From Rebecca billardiae RCC1528 (taxonomy: Eukaryota > Protista > Haptophyta): a stretch of DNA of 64,000 nucleotides. The position numbers were made by a program, and so were the translations under genes. The stretch covers positions 2,480,001 to 2,544,000 of the forward strand of contig OZ251229.1 in the NCBI GenBank assembly GCA_965240325.2. The letters are read 5' to 3'. Of this stretch, positions 55,801 to 64,000 are shown one piece after another. The notes beneath the pieces were generated by a model. That model saw only the letters and a program-made list of their open reading frames with translations, made no database searches and was not told where the DNA came from. Each line of letters begins with the position of its first letter. The stretch's first letter is position 1.

Positions 55801-58312
55801 TCTCGGTCAACCTCGGCGCGCCCTCCTCCGCCCCCGACGGCGCTGATGGCAGCACCGCGCCGCTCACCGTGGCCGGGCTCAGCGCGCCCGTCGTGATCAC
55901 GGTGCCGCTCACGGCCGCGGGCGTGCCGCCCAACCCGGTCGGCGCCTCCGGCAGCTGCGCCGAGTTCAACGGCTGCGCCGGGCGCGGCGCGTGCGTCGGC
56001 GGCGCGTGCGCGTGCGACGCGCCGTGGGTGGGCGCTAACTGCTCGCTGCGCGCGGCGTGCCGGTTCTGGAACGAGACGCGCGGCGCGTGGGCCGCCGACG
56101 GCTGCACCACGCTCCACGAGCAGACCGCGGCGAGTGAGCCGCCCGCGCTCGTGTGCGCTTGCACGCACCTCACCGACTTTGCAGGCATCTTCATCCCGAC
56201 TTCGGTCGAGGCGCTGGAGGCGGAGGTGGCGGCGGTGAGCTCGTCGGCGAACACGTTGTCTCCCGAGGACATCGCCGCAGTCGCGAGCCCGAGCCTCGAC
56301 GACATCTTCGTCGACAACCCGATCGTGTACGCCACGGTGTTCGCGCTCAGCGCGGCCAACCTCCTGTGCCTCGCCGCCGCGGTCGGGATGGACCGGCGCG
56401 CGCGCGCGGACGCGGCGAAGCGCGCGCGGCGCGAGGCGGCACTGACCTCGCCGGCGGAGGCGCTGCGCCGGCTCGCGCACGTGCCGCCGGCGGCCGAGAA
56501 GCGACGGCACCCGCTCACGCCGGCGTCCGTCCCGCCAGCCTCGCCGCTCGCGCTCGTCGCCGTCACGCCCGCGCCGCCGCGGCACACGCGCGCGACGCGC
56601 GCGCCGGCGTCGCTCGGGCCGGCGGCCGAGCGCGGCGCGTGCGCGCTCGCCGACGCGCCCGGCGGGCACGTCGGCGTGCGCGCTGCGGAGGGCACCGTCT
56701 CCGACCGAGTCGAGTCGGCGCTCGACGCGCCCGACGCGCACGAGCGCGCGCGCGTCCTCCAGGCCGCCGTGGGCATCCAGCGGCACACGCGCGGCCGGCT
56801 GCAGCGGCGCGCGGCGGCGATCGCGCGCGAGCGGCGCGCGGCCATGCTCGCCGCGGAGGCGGTGGCGGCGGCGGAGGAGCGAGCGGCGGCGGCGCGCGTG
56901 CGGCGGATCGGCGCGGCGATCAAGACCGACCACACCCTCCTCGCGCTCATCTACGCCGACACGTCCGACGAGGGCATCCACCGCGCCGAGTTCGTCCAGA
57001 TCTTCTTCAACATCCTCGCGCTCGAGGGCGTGATTGAGTGCCTGCTCTTCGCGGACGCGCCGGCAGACGGCTCGATCCGGCTCGTGCAGCTCGTGCTCAT
57101 CTCGCTCTTTGTCGTGGTCGTCGTCGTGCCCGCGCTCATCCTCTTCAAGGCTGTCTTTGCCGCGACGCGCGCGCGCAAGCCCAAGGTGGTCGACCGGCTC
57201 TTCTCGCGGATGCGCGCGCTCGCGCACGGCGTGGGCGCGCGAGAGGGCGCGGAGGAGGCGGCGGCGCCGGCGCCGCGCGATGGCGCGCGTCTCTCTCGCT
57301 CGACGAGCGCAGGCGCCGCGCTGGCGGGCGCGCGCACGGCGCCCGCGGGCGCGGGCGCGGGCGCGCGCCGCCGCCGGCCGCCGCCGCCGCCGCTGCGCAC
57401 GGCGCCGCCGCCGCCGCCGCGCTCGCCGCCGCTCACGCGCCGCCTCGACTTCGACTCCGTGAGCGCGCCGCGCGCGCCGCCGCCGCCTTCGCCGCCGCGC
57501 CCGGCGCCGCCGCCGCCGCCGAGTGACGGCCGGCGCCGCCGCTCCGCGCCGCCGAGCGCGTCGGGCGCGGCCGCGCCGCCGCCGGTGGGCACGGGCGAGC
57601 TCCGCACCCTCTTCCGCCGGTTCGACGCGGACAACTCTGGCACGATCGAGTTCGCCGAATGGCAGGCACTTCTCTCGGCGCTCGGGATGGGGATGAGCGC
57701 GCGGCGCGCCCGGCGTATCTTCGTGCAGCTCGACGCCGACCGGAACGGCCTGATCGAGCTCGACGAGCTCGAGCGCTGGTACCAGCAGCAGAAGCAGGCA
57801 CGCGCGCGCGCGCCCGCGCGGCTGTGGCTGCGGCTGCGCGCGCGCGCTCGGCGCGGCGCGAGGAGGCGGGGGCAAGGCGCGCGCGCGGAGCGCGCAGAGC
57901 CCGCGGGGCGTCGCGTCTCACGCGCACCCCCGCCGCGCGCGCGCAGGCCGAGTTCAAGCGCGAGCAGCGCGCGGAGCGGTGGCGGCGGTACGCGCCCTCG
58001 CCGCTCGCCAGGTCCGCGCTCGCGTGGCTCTTCATGCTCTCGTGCTACACCGTGTTTGCGATGCTGATCGTGGCGTACGGCCGCTCGTTCGGGAACGCAA
58101 AGTTCGGCCGGCTCGTCGCGGCGTGGGCCGGCGCGCTCGCCACGACGTTCGTGCTGGAGGAGCCGCTGCTCATCACGATCTCGCACGTGATCCCGTGGCT
58201 GCTCGAAGGGATCGCGAGCAACGAGGCGGTCAGCGTGTTCATCGCCGAGATCTGGTCGTCGGGCGTCGGCAAGGCGGTCGCGGAGGTGGTGAACCTGTGC
58301 CGCGGGGGCTGA
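49200..58312 (+). CDS. Giant polycystin-1-like receptor: signal peptide, 2 C-type lectins, 2 Cys-rich repeats, SPPP stalks, REJ, EGF-like, GPS, 5 TM, IQ, 2 EF-hands; GC-AG intron 57798-57946
   Basis: C-type lectin motifs WLDGTD..EGVW and WIGLSD..EGAWRW..GEPND..EDC..WNDLPC. REJ motifs LDASASYDP and NRPPFGGSLAVSP. GPS CRFWN..W..DGC..CACTHLTDF. IQRHTRG. EF loops DADNSGTIEFAE and DADRNGLIELDE. Confidence 0.85.
52031..52840 (+). repeat. Ser-Pro(3-5) extensin/pherophorin-like coding repeat
   Basis: About 270 codons of PPSPPPS repeats; shorter tracts at ~49805-50100, 50440-50585 and 50920-51110. Confidence 0.95.
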
Positions 58313-58580
58313 GAGTCTTGGCGCGCGTGGGTGGCCGGGCCCGGTGTCATCGGAGCGAGTGGATGGTGGCCGCAAGCTGCTGAAGGGGGAGCGGGCGCCA
58401 CGGATGACACGATGATGATGATGTCGCGTAGTAGTACTAGTACTGCTAGTATATAACTCGATCCGCCTATATATATACTGCTCCGCCGGCCGGATATGAT
58501 CGACGGGCGGATGATGATGCTGATGATGCTGATGATGATACTCATGATTGTCGGGCGGATGATATATATATATATATATA

Positions 58581-60546
58581 TGACCGCGTTCCGCGGTCTT
58601 TTTCCGTAGAACGAACGTAGTTCGGGGCCCGCGGCGCCCCCTCCGTCGGCTGCTGTCTCAGTCTGACATGTGTAACAGTTCGCCTGAGCTGCCACCGCCA
58701 ACTCAGTCACTGCCGCCCACCGGGCCGGCGGGCCGAGGACTGTCGCCGCGGGTCCGCGGGCCGCCGCGGGGACTCCGGACTAGCGGCCGGCGCGCGCGCG
58801 CAGGCAGGGCGAGAGGCGCTGGCGCGGCGCGAGCCGGCGCGTGCGCGCGAGCGGGCGCACCTGCTTGAGGTACTCGCCCTGCGCCATGCGCTCGACGACG
58901 GGCCGCTGGTCGCTCGTGCCGGCAGAGCGAGAGCGCGCGCCACTGCTGGCCCCGGCCTGCCGGCTGCGCAGCCTCGCACCGAGACCGACCGAGCGGAGCT
59001 CGGGGCGGTGGAACGAGGCGAGCGGCGCGTCGCGCCTGCCGCCGCGCGTGCGCGCCTGCTCCACCGCGCCGCCGTGCTCGCCCGCCGCCTCCTCCGCCGC
59101 GTCGGCCTCGAAGACGGCGGCTGCCAGCGGCAGGCTGAGCCGCGCGCCGGCTCACTCACACTGTGAGTCACACCCGCGGTCGCCTCGACGGCCAACTATC
59201 CACAGCTGCTCGAGCTGCTGGAGGGCGCCGCGACGATGGCGGCGCGGGCGCCCAGCGCGTCCGTTGCCGCGTCGCTCAGCTCGTCGAGCTCGGCGCCGCA
59301 CTTCGCCAGCTTGGCGCCTAGCGCCTCCGCGTGTCACGTGCTCGTGCACGTCAGCCTGCTGATACGCCGCCGCCCATCGGCACTTCTGGCATCTGCGCGC
59401 GCAGCTGCTGCAGCTCGACGGCGGAGTCGTCGCGGCTGGCGGCGAGGGTGCGCACCGCGTCGATTGCCGAGGCCTGCAGCCCGGTGATCGCCGCGTCGAC
59501 GCGCGCGGCGATTTCCCCACGCAGCTCCTCGCGCCACGTGGCCGCCGCTCGCGTGGCAGGCAGCTGGGCACCGCTGCGCGACCCGGAACCGGCGCGCGTT
59601 TCACTGATGCTCCTGCTCGTCCTCACGCTGCTGCACCTCCGCGCCGCCGTCGACCGAGTTGAGGAGGAGCTCGCGCTCGGCGTCGAGGCGCGAGCTCGCG
59701 TGCTCAAGCTCGCCCTTCAGCCGCGCGAGCTCCGGGCGCATCCGGCTGCCGCGCCGCTCGCTCGCAGCGGCGCGCTCTGCTCCGGGCGGCGAGCGACGAG
59801 CTCGCGTGCTCCGGACTCGGCTCGCCCTTGCGCGCTGCTCCTCGAGTGACGAACGCGCCCGCGGGCAGGTTGTTGCCCGTCGCCCCCGCCGCGATCTCGC
59901 CGCCCCCGCCGCGATCTCGTCGCGCATGTGTCCGTGGCGCGCGCCTGCGAGGTGACAGGCGGGCCGCGAGCTCAGCCTCGGGGAGAGCGGAGCGAGAGGG
60001 CGCTGAGACGCGCGGCCTGCGAGGCGACAGGCGCGCTCGGGGAGAGCATTTTACTATTCACATTTAGAAGTGATCAAATTCCCCGAGCCCTTGCCTTGCC
60101 GTTTTTATCGGTTGGCGGTTGGCGGCAATCTCATACTGCGGCCTGCGAGGCGACAGGCGCGCTCGGGGAGAGCATTTTACTATTCACATTTATTAGAAGT
60201 GAATAGTGATCAAGTTTCCCGAGCCCTTGCCTTGCCGTTTTTATCGGTTGGCGGTTGGCGGCAATCTCATACTTAAAATCGCGCTCGTAACGAACCGTTA
60301 CACTAATGTCACGTCCAGCTGACGTCCAGATCGCACTTTACTTGAGGGAATCAGCTGGACGCGCTTTTTTTCGGCCTAATGGACCTCTCTATGCGATCTC
60401 AAAAACTCGAAACTCGGTCTCCGCCAGCCCTAAAAATCGCCCCCCGTCCCTTTTTTCTTGATCAAAGATCTTTTTGAAACGTGGTTCGGGCCCGCTGGTG
60501 CGGGCTCCACGCTGCGCGCTCCGCCCTGCACCGCGTCCGCGGGCCA
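58581..60546 (+). mobile_element. Non-autonomous repeat element, copy B ((TA)n|TGACCGCG ... CCGCGGGCCA)
   Basis: Homologous to 1928-4113 with the same termini; preceded by about (TA)9. Confidence 0.8.
60012..60273. repeat. Tandem duplication of a ~126-136-bp unit inside element copy B
   Basis: 60012-60137 and 60138-60273 are nearly identical. Confidence 0.9.
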
Positions 60547-60730
60547 TGATGATGAATAATATGATACTCATCATGACGCGATTGATGATATATGCTGATA
60601 TATGATGTCGCAGCAGAGTCGGAGACGCATGTGACTGACCGTAGTGTCCGTGAGGCCGCGTGGTAACAGTACGTCTGTAGTGAGGGCAGGACGTTACAGA
60701 CTGCCTGTGCACCCTGCTGGCCTGGCCTCG

Positions 60731-61774
60731 TCATGGCACGGTGTAGACTGGGTCGCCCTCGGCCGGGTGCGCCGTGTAGTTCTTTGCGCACGCCACCAGC
60801 CCCGGCTCCTTCTCGACCTGCTGCCGCACCTCCTCCAACCAGCTCGCGTGCAGGTCCCGGCGCGCCCACTCGAAGCGGAGCGGCGAGCCGCCTCTGACGA
60901 TCACGTAGTCGAGCGGCCAGTACACGGTGTTGTTCTTGAGCGGCGGCCAGAACTCCCAGTTGTACGTGCGCGGGCACGAGCGCCACTTCCTCACGCCCTG
61001 CTGGATGAAGCCGACCGCGCCTTGCAGGCTGAGCGCAAACGCCATGTCGTGCTTCGGCTCGGCGGTGTGCGCGCGCGTGTCGTTTGGCAGGATGTCGGGT
61101 GGCCGCGCGTTGGGCAGTCGCACGAGCATGTCGGGCCGCAGCCGCACGTACGTGCGGTACGGCGTCGGCTGGTAGCGCAGCGAGTACTCGTACGCGTCCT
61201 TGAAGCAACTCGCCGTCGAGTGGAACTGGACGGTGGCGGGGCGCGTGCAGCCGCCAGGCAGCTCGCCCAGCCTGATCAGCGCCACGGGGCGCAGCGCGTG
61301 CAGCAGCGCCTCGTCCAGCCCGCACTCGTCGTATCCGCCGCGGTGCGAGCCGTTCTTCACGTAGTGCCGCGTGTGGTAGTACACGAACACGTCGGCTCGC
61401 CACCGGCTCAGCAGCGCGGCGTGCGCGCGCGCGACCATCGGCAGACCAAAAGTGCGCAGCTCTCCGACCAGGCACACGGCCACGCCGCCAGCGCCGCGCT
61501 CGAACGCGGCCCTGTGCACGAGCCCCGCGTTGGCTCGGATCCGCAGCCCGTCCATGTTCCCGATCGCCTTCTCGGCATCGGGCTGGTTGCGCCGCCCCGG
61601 CGCGAGCTCGTGGCCGCCGCCTGCACGCCTCGGCAGGGGCTGGGTGGGGGGTGCGCCCACGGATGGGATGGGCACGAGCCAGCACGCCAGCACAGCAACG
61701 GTGCGCGTCGCGATGAACCGCCGACGGACGCGCACGCGCGATAGGGGCGGCCATGGATTCGGCATTTCGTGCAT
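60731..61774 (-). CDS. Secreted or anchored glycosyltransferase-like hypothetical protein
   Basis: N-terminal hydrophobic segment; VAVCLVGELRTF, ADVFVY and YRTYVRLRPDM resemble the xAxCxxGxxR...YDxxxRxRPD pattern. Function uncertain. Confidence 0.65.
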   Translation of the reverse strand: MHEMPNPWPPLSRVRVRRRFIATRTVAVLACWLVPIPSVGAPPTQPLPRRAGGGHELAPGRRNQPDAEKAIGNMDGLRIRANAGLVHRAAFERGAGGVAVCLVGELRTFGLPMVARAHAALLSRWRADVFVYYHTRHYVKNGSHRGGYDECGLDEALLHALRPVALIRLGELPGGCTRPATVQFHSTASCFKDAYEYSLRYQPTPYRTYVRLRPDMLVRLPNARPPDILPNDTRAHTAEPKHDMAFALSLQGAVGFIQQGVRKWRSCPRTYNWEFWPPLKNNTVYWPLDYVIVRGGSPLRFEWARRDLHASWLEEVRQQVEKEPGLVACAKNYTAHPAEGDPVYTVP

Positions 61775-62007
61775 ATGGATCTTCGTCCGCGGCCGTGCGC
61801 CCCTGCCAAGCGATTTCGGAGAGAGACGAGCCGCTCTGGATCCGGCTCTCCGGTGGATAGCTCCCGGACCAGCACAGAAAGGTGAAAGTTAGCCGGAAAA
61901 GCTCTCGTTCGTGAGCACAGGCGCGACCAGGGGAGCGCGACGCGGGTCGCGCTCGCTCGGCGAGGAGCGGCCCGGCGTCTCCCGCGCGCGGGGGGTGGGT
62001 CCCCGAC

Positions 62008-64000
62008 ATGCTCGCGCTCGGCGACATGAAGCTCTGGTGGCGCGAGGCGCTCGTGTGCGGCGGCGCGGTGTCGGGCGTGGGCGCGCTCTGGTGGCTCGGC
62101 GTGCCGGTGCACTGGCCGGCCATGCCCCTCGTCTTCCTCGTCCGGCTGTGGCTGCGGCTGACCGCGCTCCTGCACTGGGCGCTCGCCGCGCTGGCGTGCG
62201 GCGCGTGCGGCGGCGTGATGGCGTGGCTGCTCGCGCCGGCGTGGCACCTCGTGTGCTGGGTGTGCACGCCGGTGTGGTACGTGCTCGGCTGGGCCGCCTA
62301 CCTCCTGTGCGTCCTCGCCGTGCCCGTCCTGCCGCTCGGCGCCGCGTCCTGCGCTTACGTGCTCCGCTCGTTGGTGTGGGGCCGGCGCAAGGTGATCGAT
62401 GCGCTCCACGGCGACGAGGACGCGCTGGTCGAGCTGGCCGAGGGGCTGATCAACGACTGCACGTGGGCGTGGGGCTGCGTCAACGTGAGCGTGCGCGTCC
62501 AGCCCGCCGTGCTCAAGCCCGCCCGCCTCGCCGCGGCCGCGTGCGTGCTGCGCGTGCAGCGACACGGGGGCCTCGCGGCGGCGTACCGCGCTGACCCGAG
62601 CTTCTTCCCGCTGCAGGGCGTGCTGCGCGACGGCGAGCTGCCGGCGGACTGGTGGCACTCGGACGAGGTCCACGCGCGGCGCGTCCGCCTCGGCACGCTG
62701 CGCCCCCTCGACCGCGAGTGGGAGGGGTGGCTCGGACGGCTGAGGCGCGAGATCCCTCTCTCGACGCTCGAGGTGCTGGACGGCGCGTCCGAGGAGCTTC
62801 GGCCGCTGCTCGAGAAGTTCATGGGCTGGGCGCTGCTCTTCGTGGCCGCGCGGAACGGCAGCGTGCGCGCGCAGCTCGCCTTCGCGCGCGCGATGATCGC
62901 GTGCGACTGCGACCGCGAGGCGGGCAACCACGGGCACGCGCTTGCGTTCGCTCGCGCGGCCGCGGAGCGCGCGGCCGAGCCGGCCGCGCGCTCGGAGGCG
63001 TTCGCTCTGATCGGCACGCTGCTGTACCGCGGGCTGGGCCGCGTGCAGATGTGCACGGAGGAGGGCGCGCTCCGCGCCTTCCGCGTCGCGCTCGACGACG
63101 ACGAGCCGCTCGCGCTCTGGTGGCTCGGCTGCCTGGCGGTCTGCGGCGAGCTCGGCGTGCGCACGCACCAGCCGATCGGCGTGGCCCTCATCACGCGCGC
63201 GGCGCGCGTGCACGGCGTTGCGGGCGCGTGGTTCTCGCTCTCGAGCTGCGTGGCGCAGGGCGTGGACCGCGGGGGCGCGCGCGGCCGCACGCTCCGCGCG
63301 TGGGCGTGCTACCTGCGCGGGCTGCGCTTCTTCGAGACGCATTACCGCCGCTGCCTCCTGTTCACGCGCAACAGTAGCCGGCTGCGCGCGCGCTGGCCGA
63401 GCGGGCCGCTGCGCGAGGCAGGGTGCTGGGAGGGGCGGCACTACGCCGCGCTGCTGCGCGAGGACCCGTGCGCGTACGCCGGGCAGTCGGCTTCGGCGAT
63501 CAACCTCGTGCTCCCGCCGCAGCTGGCGCACGGCGGCGCGCGCGCGCCCGACAGCGGCGAGGGCACGGTGTTGCGAGCGCTGGCAGAGCGTCTACACCCG
63601 ACGCTGTCGGCGGCTGCGAGCGACTGCGAGCGCCAAGTGCTCGACGAGCTCTGGCCGCTCCTCGCCCTGCACCCGCCCCTGCCCGCGCCTCGTGCCGCCA
63701 GCAGCCGCGCCGCGCCCGGGGGCCAAAGCCGAGCGGGCGGCACCGCCGAGCGCGCGCGTCGCATCCAGCGGGGCGCGCAGCTCACGGAGGCGGCAGCGGC
63801 GGTCGGGGCGGCGCGCGCCACAGCGGTTGCGACGACGGCCGCGCCGAGCGAGCCGAGCGCGGCGGTGGCGGCGGGGGGCGACGGGGAGACGATGCGCGTC
63901 GGCGATTCGGACGCGGCGCGCCAGCAGCTGGGCCTCGCCTACCAGGCCGCCGCCGCGGTGTGGCTGGAGCAGTTCACCGCCGCGAATGGCCTCGAGCACA
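62008..64000 (+). CDS. Membrane protein with Sel1/TPR-like repeats (3'-partial; absent from the ORF track)
   Basis: ATG at 62008 opens a frame reading MLALGDMKLWWRE..., with a hydrophobic N-terminus and then AFALIGTLLYRGLG, ALWWLGCLAVCGELG and AWFSLSSCVAQG. No stop seen before the window end. Confidence 0.6.
   Translation, partial: MLALGDMKLWWREALVCGGAVSGVGALWWLGVPVHWPAMPLVFLVRLWLRLTALLHWALAALACGACGGVMAWLLAPAWHLVCWVCTPVWYVLGWAAYLLCVLAVPVLPLGAASCAYVLRSLVWGRRKVIDALHGDEDALVELAEGLINDCTWAWGCVNVSVRVQPAVLKPARLAAAACVLRVQRHGGLAAAYRADPSFFPLQGVLRDGELPADWWHSDEVHARRVRLGTLRPLDREWEGWLGRLRREIPLSTLEVLDGASEELRPLLEKFMGWALLFVAARNGSVRAQLAFARAMIACDCDREAGNHGHALAFARAAAERAAEPAARSEAFALIGTLLYRGLGRVQMCTEEGALRAFRVALDDDEPLALWWLGCLAVCGELGVRTHQPIGVALITRAARVHGVAGAWFSLSSCVAQGVDRGGARGRTLRAWACYLRGLRFFETHYRRCLLFTRNSSRLRARWPSGPLREAGCWEGRHYAALLREDPCAYAGQSASAINLVLPPQLAHGGARAPDSGEGTVLRALAERLHPTLSAAASDCERQVLDELWPLLALHPPLPAPRAASSRAAPGGQSRAGGTAERARRIQRGAQLTEAAAAVGAARATAVATTAAPSEPSAAVAAGGDGETMRVGDSDAARQQLGLAYQAAAAVWLEQFTAANGLEH

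Noticed and set aside
4204-57875. Many long Arg/Ala/Pro-rich overlapping or antisense ORFs (e.g. 4308-7019, 7383-11246, 27619-30048, 38462-41044, 50967-53696)
   Set aside because: Shadow frames caused by stop-codon scarcity at very high GC; each overlaps a motif-supported gene.
1-64000. Prokaryotic operon or defence island (helicase + nuclease + histidine kinase); rRNA/tRNA genes
   Set aside because: Spliceosomal introns and eukaryote-specific genes throughout; no structural RNA recognised.

Overview
Very GC-rich, gene-dense eukaryotic nuclear DNA with short GC-rich spliceosomal introns. Lhcf antenna genes, ASAF-type plastid targeting signals and flagellar genes point to a flagellated chlorophyll-c alga, most likely a haptophyte of the Pavlovales type (inference). 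About 20 protein genes are supported: SF1 helicase, membrane-anchored EndA/ExeM-type nuclease, NME7, RCC1-repeat protein, MORN protein, nucleotide-sugar transporter, a plastid protein, two tropomodulin-like LRR paralogues, a hybrid histidine kinase, a four-domain EEEE Ca2+ channel, a large ARM protein, an inverted Lhcf pair, a CFAP97-like protein, a sulfotransferase, a giant polycystin-1-like receptor, a glycosyltransferase-like protein and a Sel1-like protein running off the end. Many genes form head-to-head pairs separated by AT-rich, microsatellite-like spacers that hold mobile elements. The most interesting observations are: (1) an unclassified mobile-element family with TG..CA ends, terminal hairpins and TA-tract insertion, one member of which carries a decayed HTH plus ubiquitin-protease (USP) gene; (2) a roughly 3000-aa lectin/extensin/REJ/GPS receptor with only the five polycystin-1 N-terminal TM helices, an IQ motif where PLAT normally sits, EF-hands, and no channel domain; (3) a bacterial-type ecto-nuclease with an intact EndA domain and an apparently dead EEP domain; (4) a non-autonomous hAT element with 13-bp TIRs and an 8-bp TSD. 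All assignments come from motif recognition by eye; no database searches were run.
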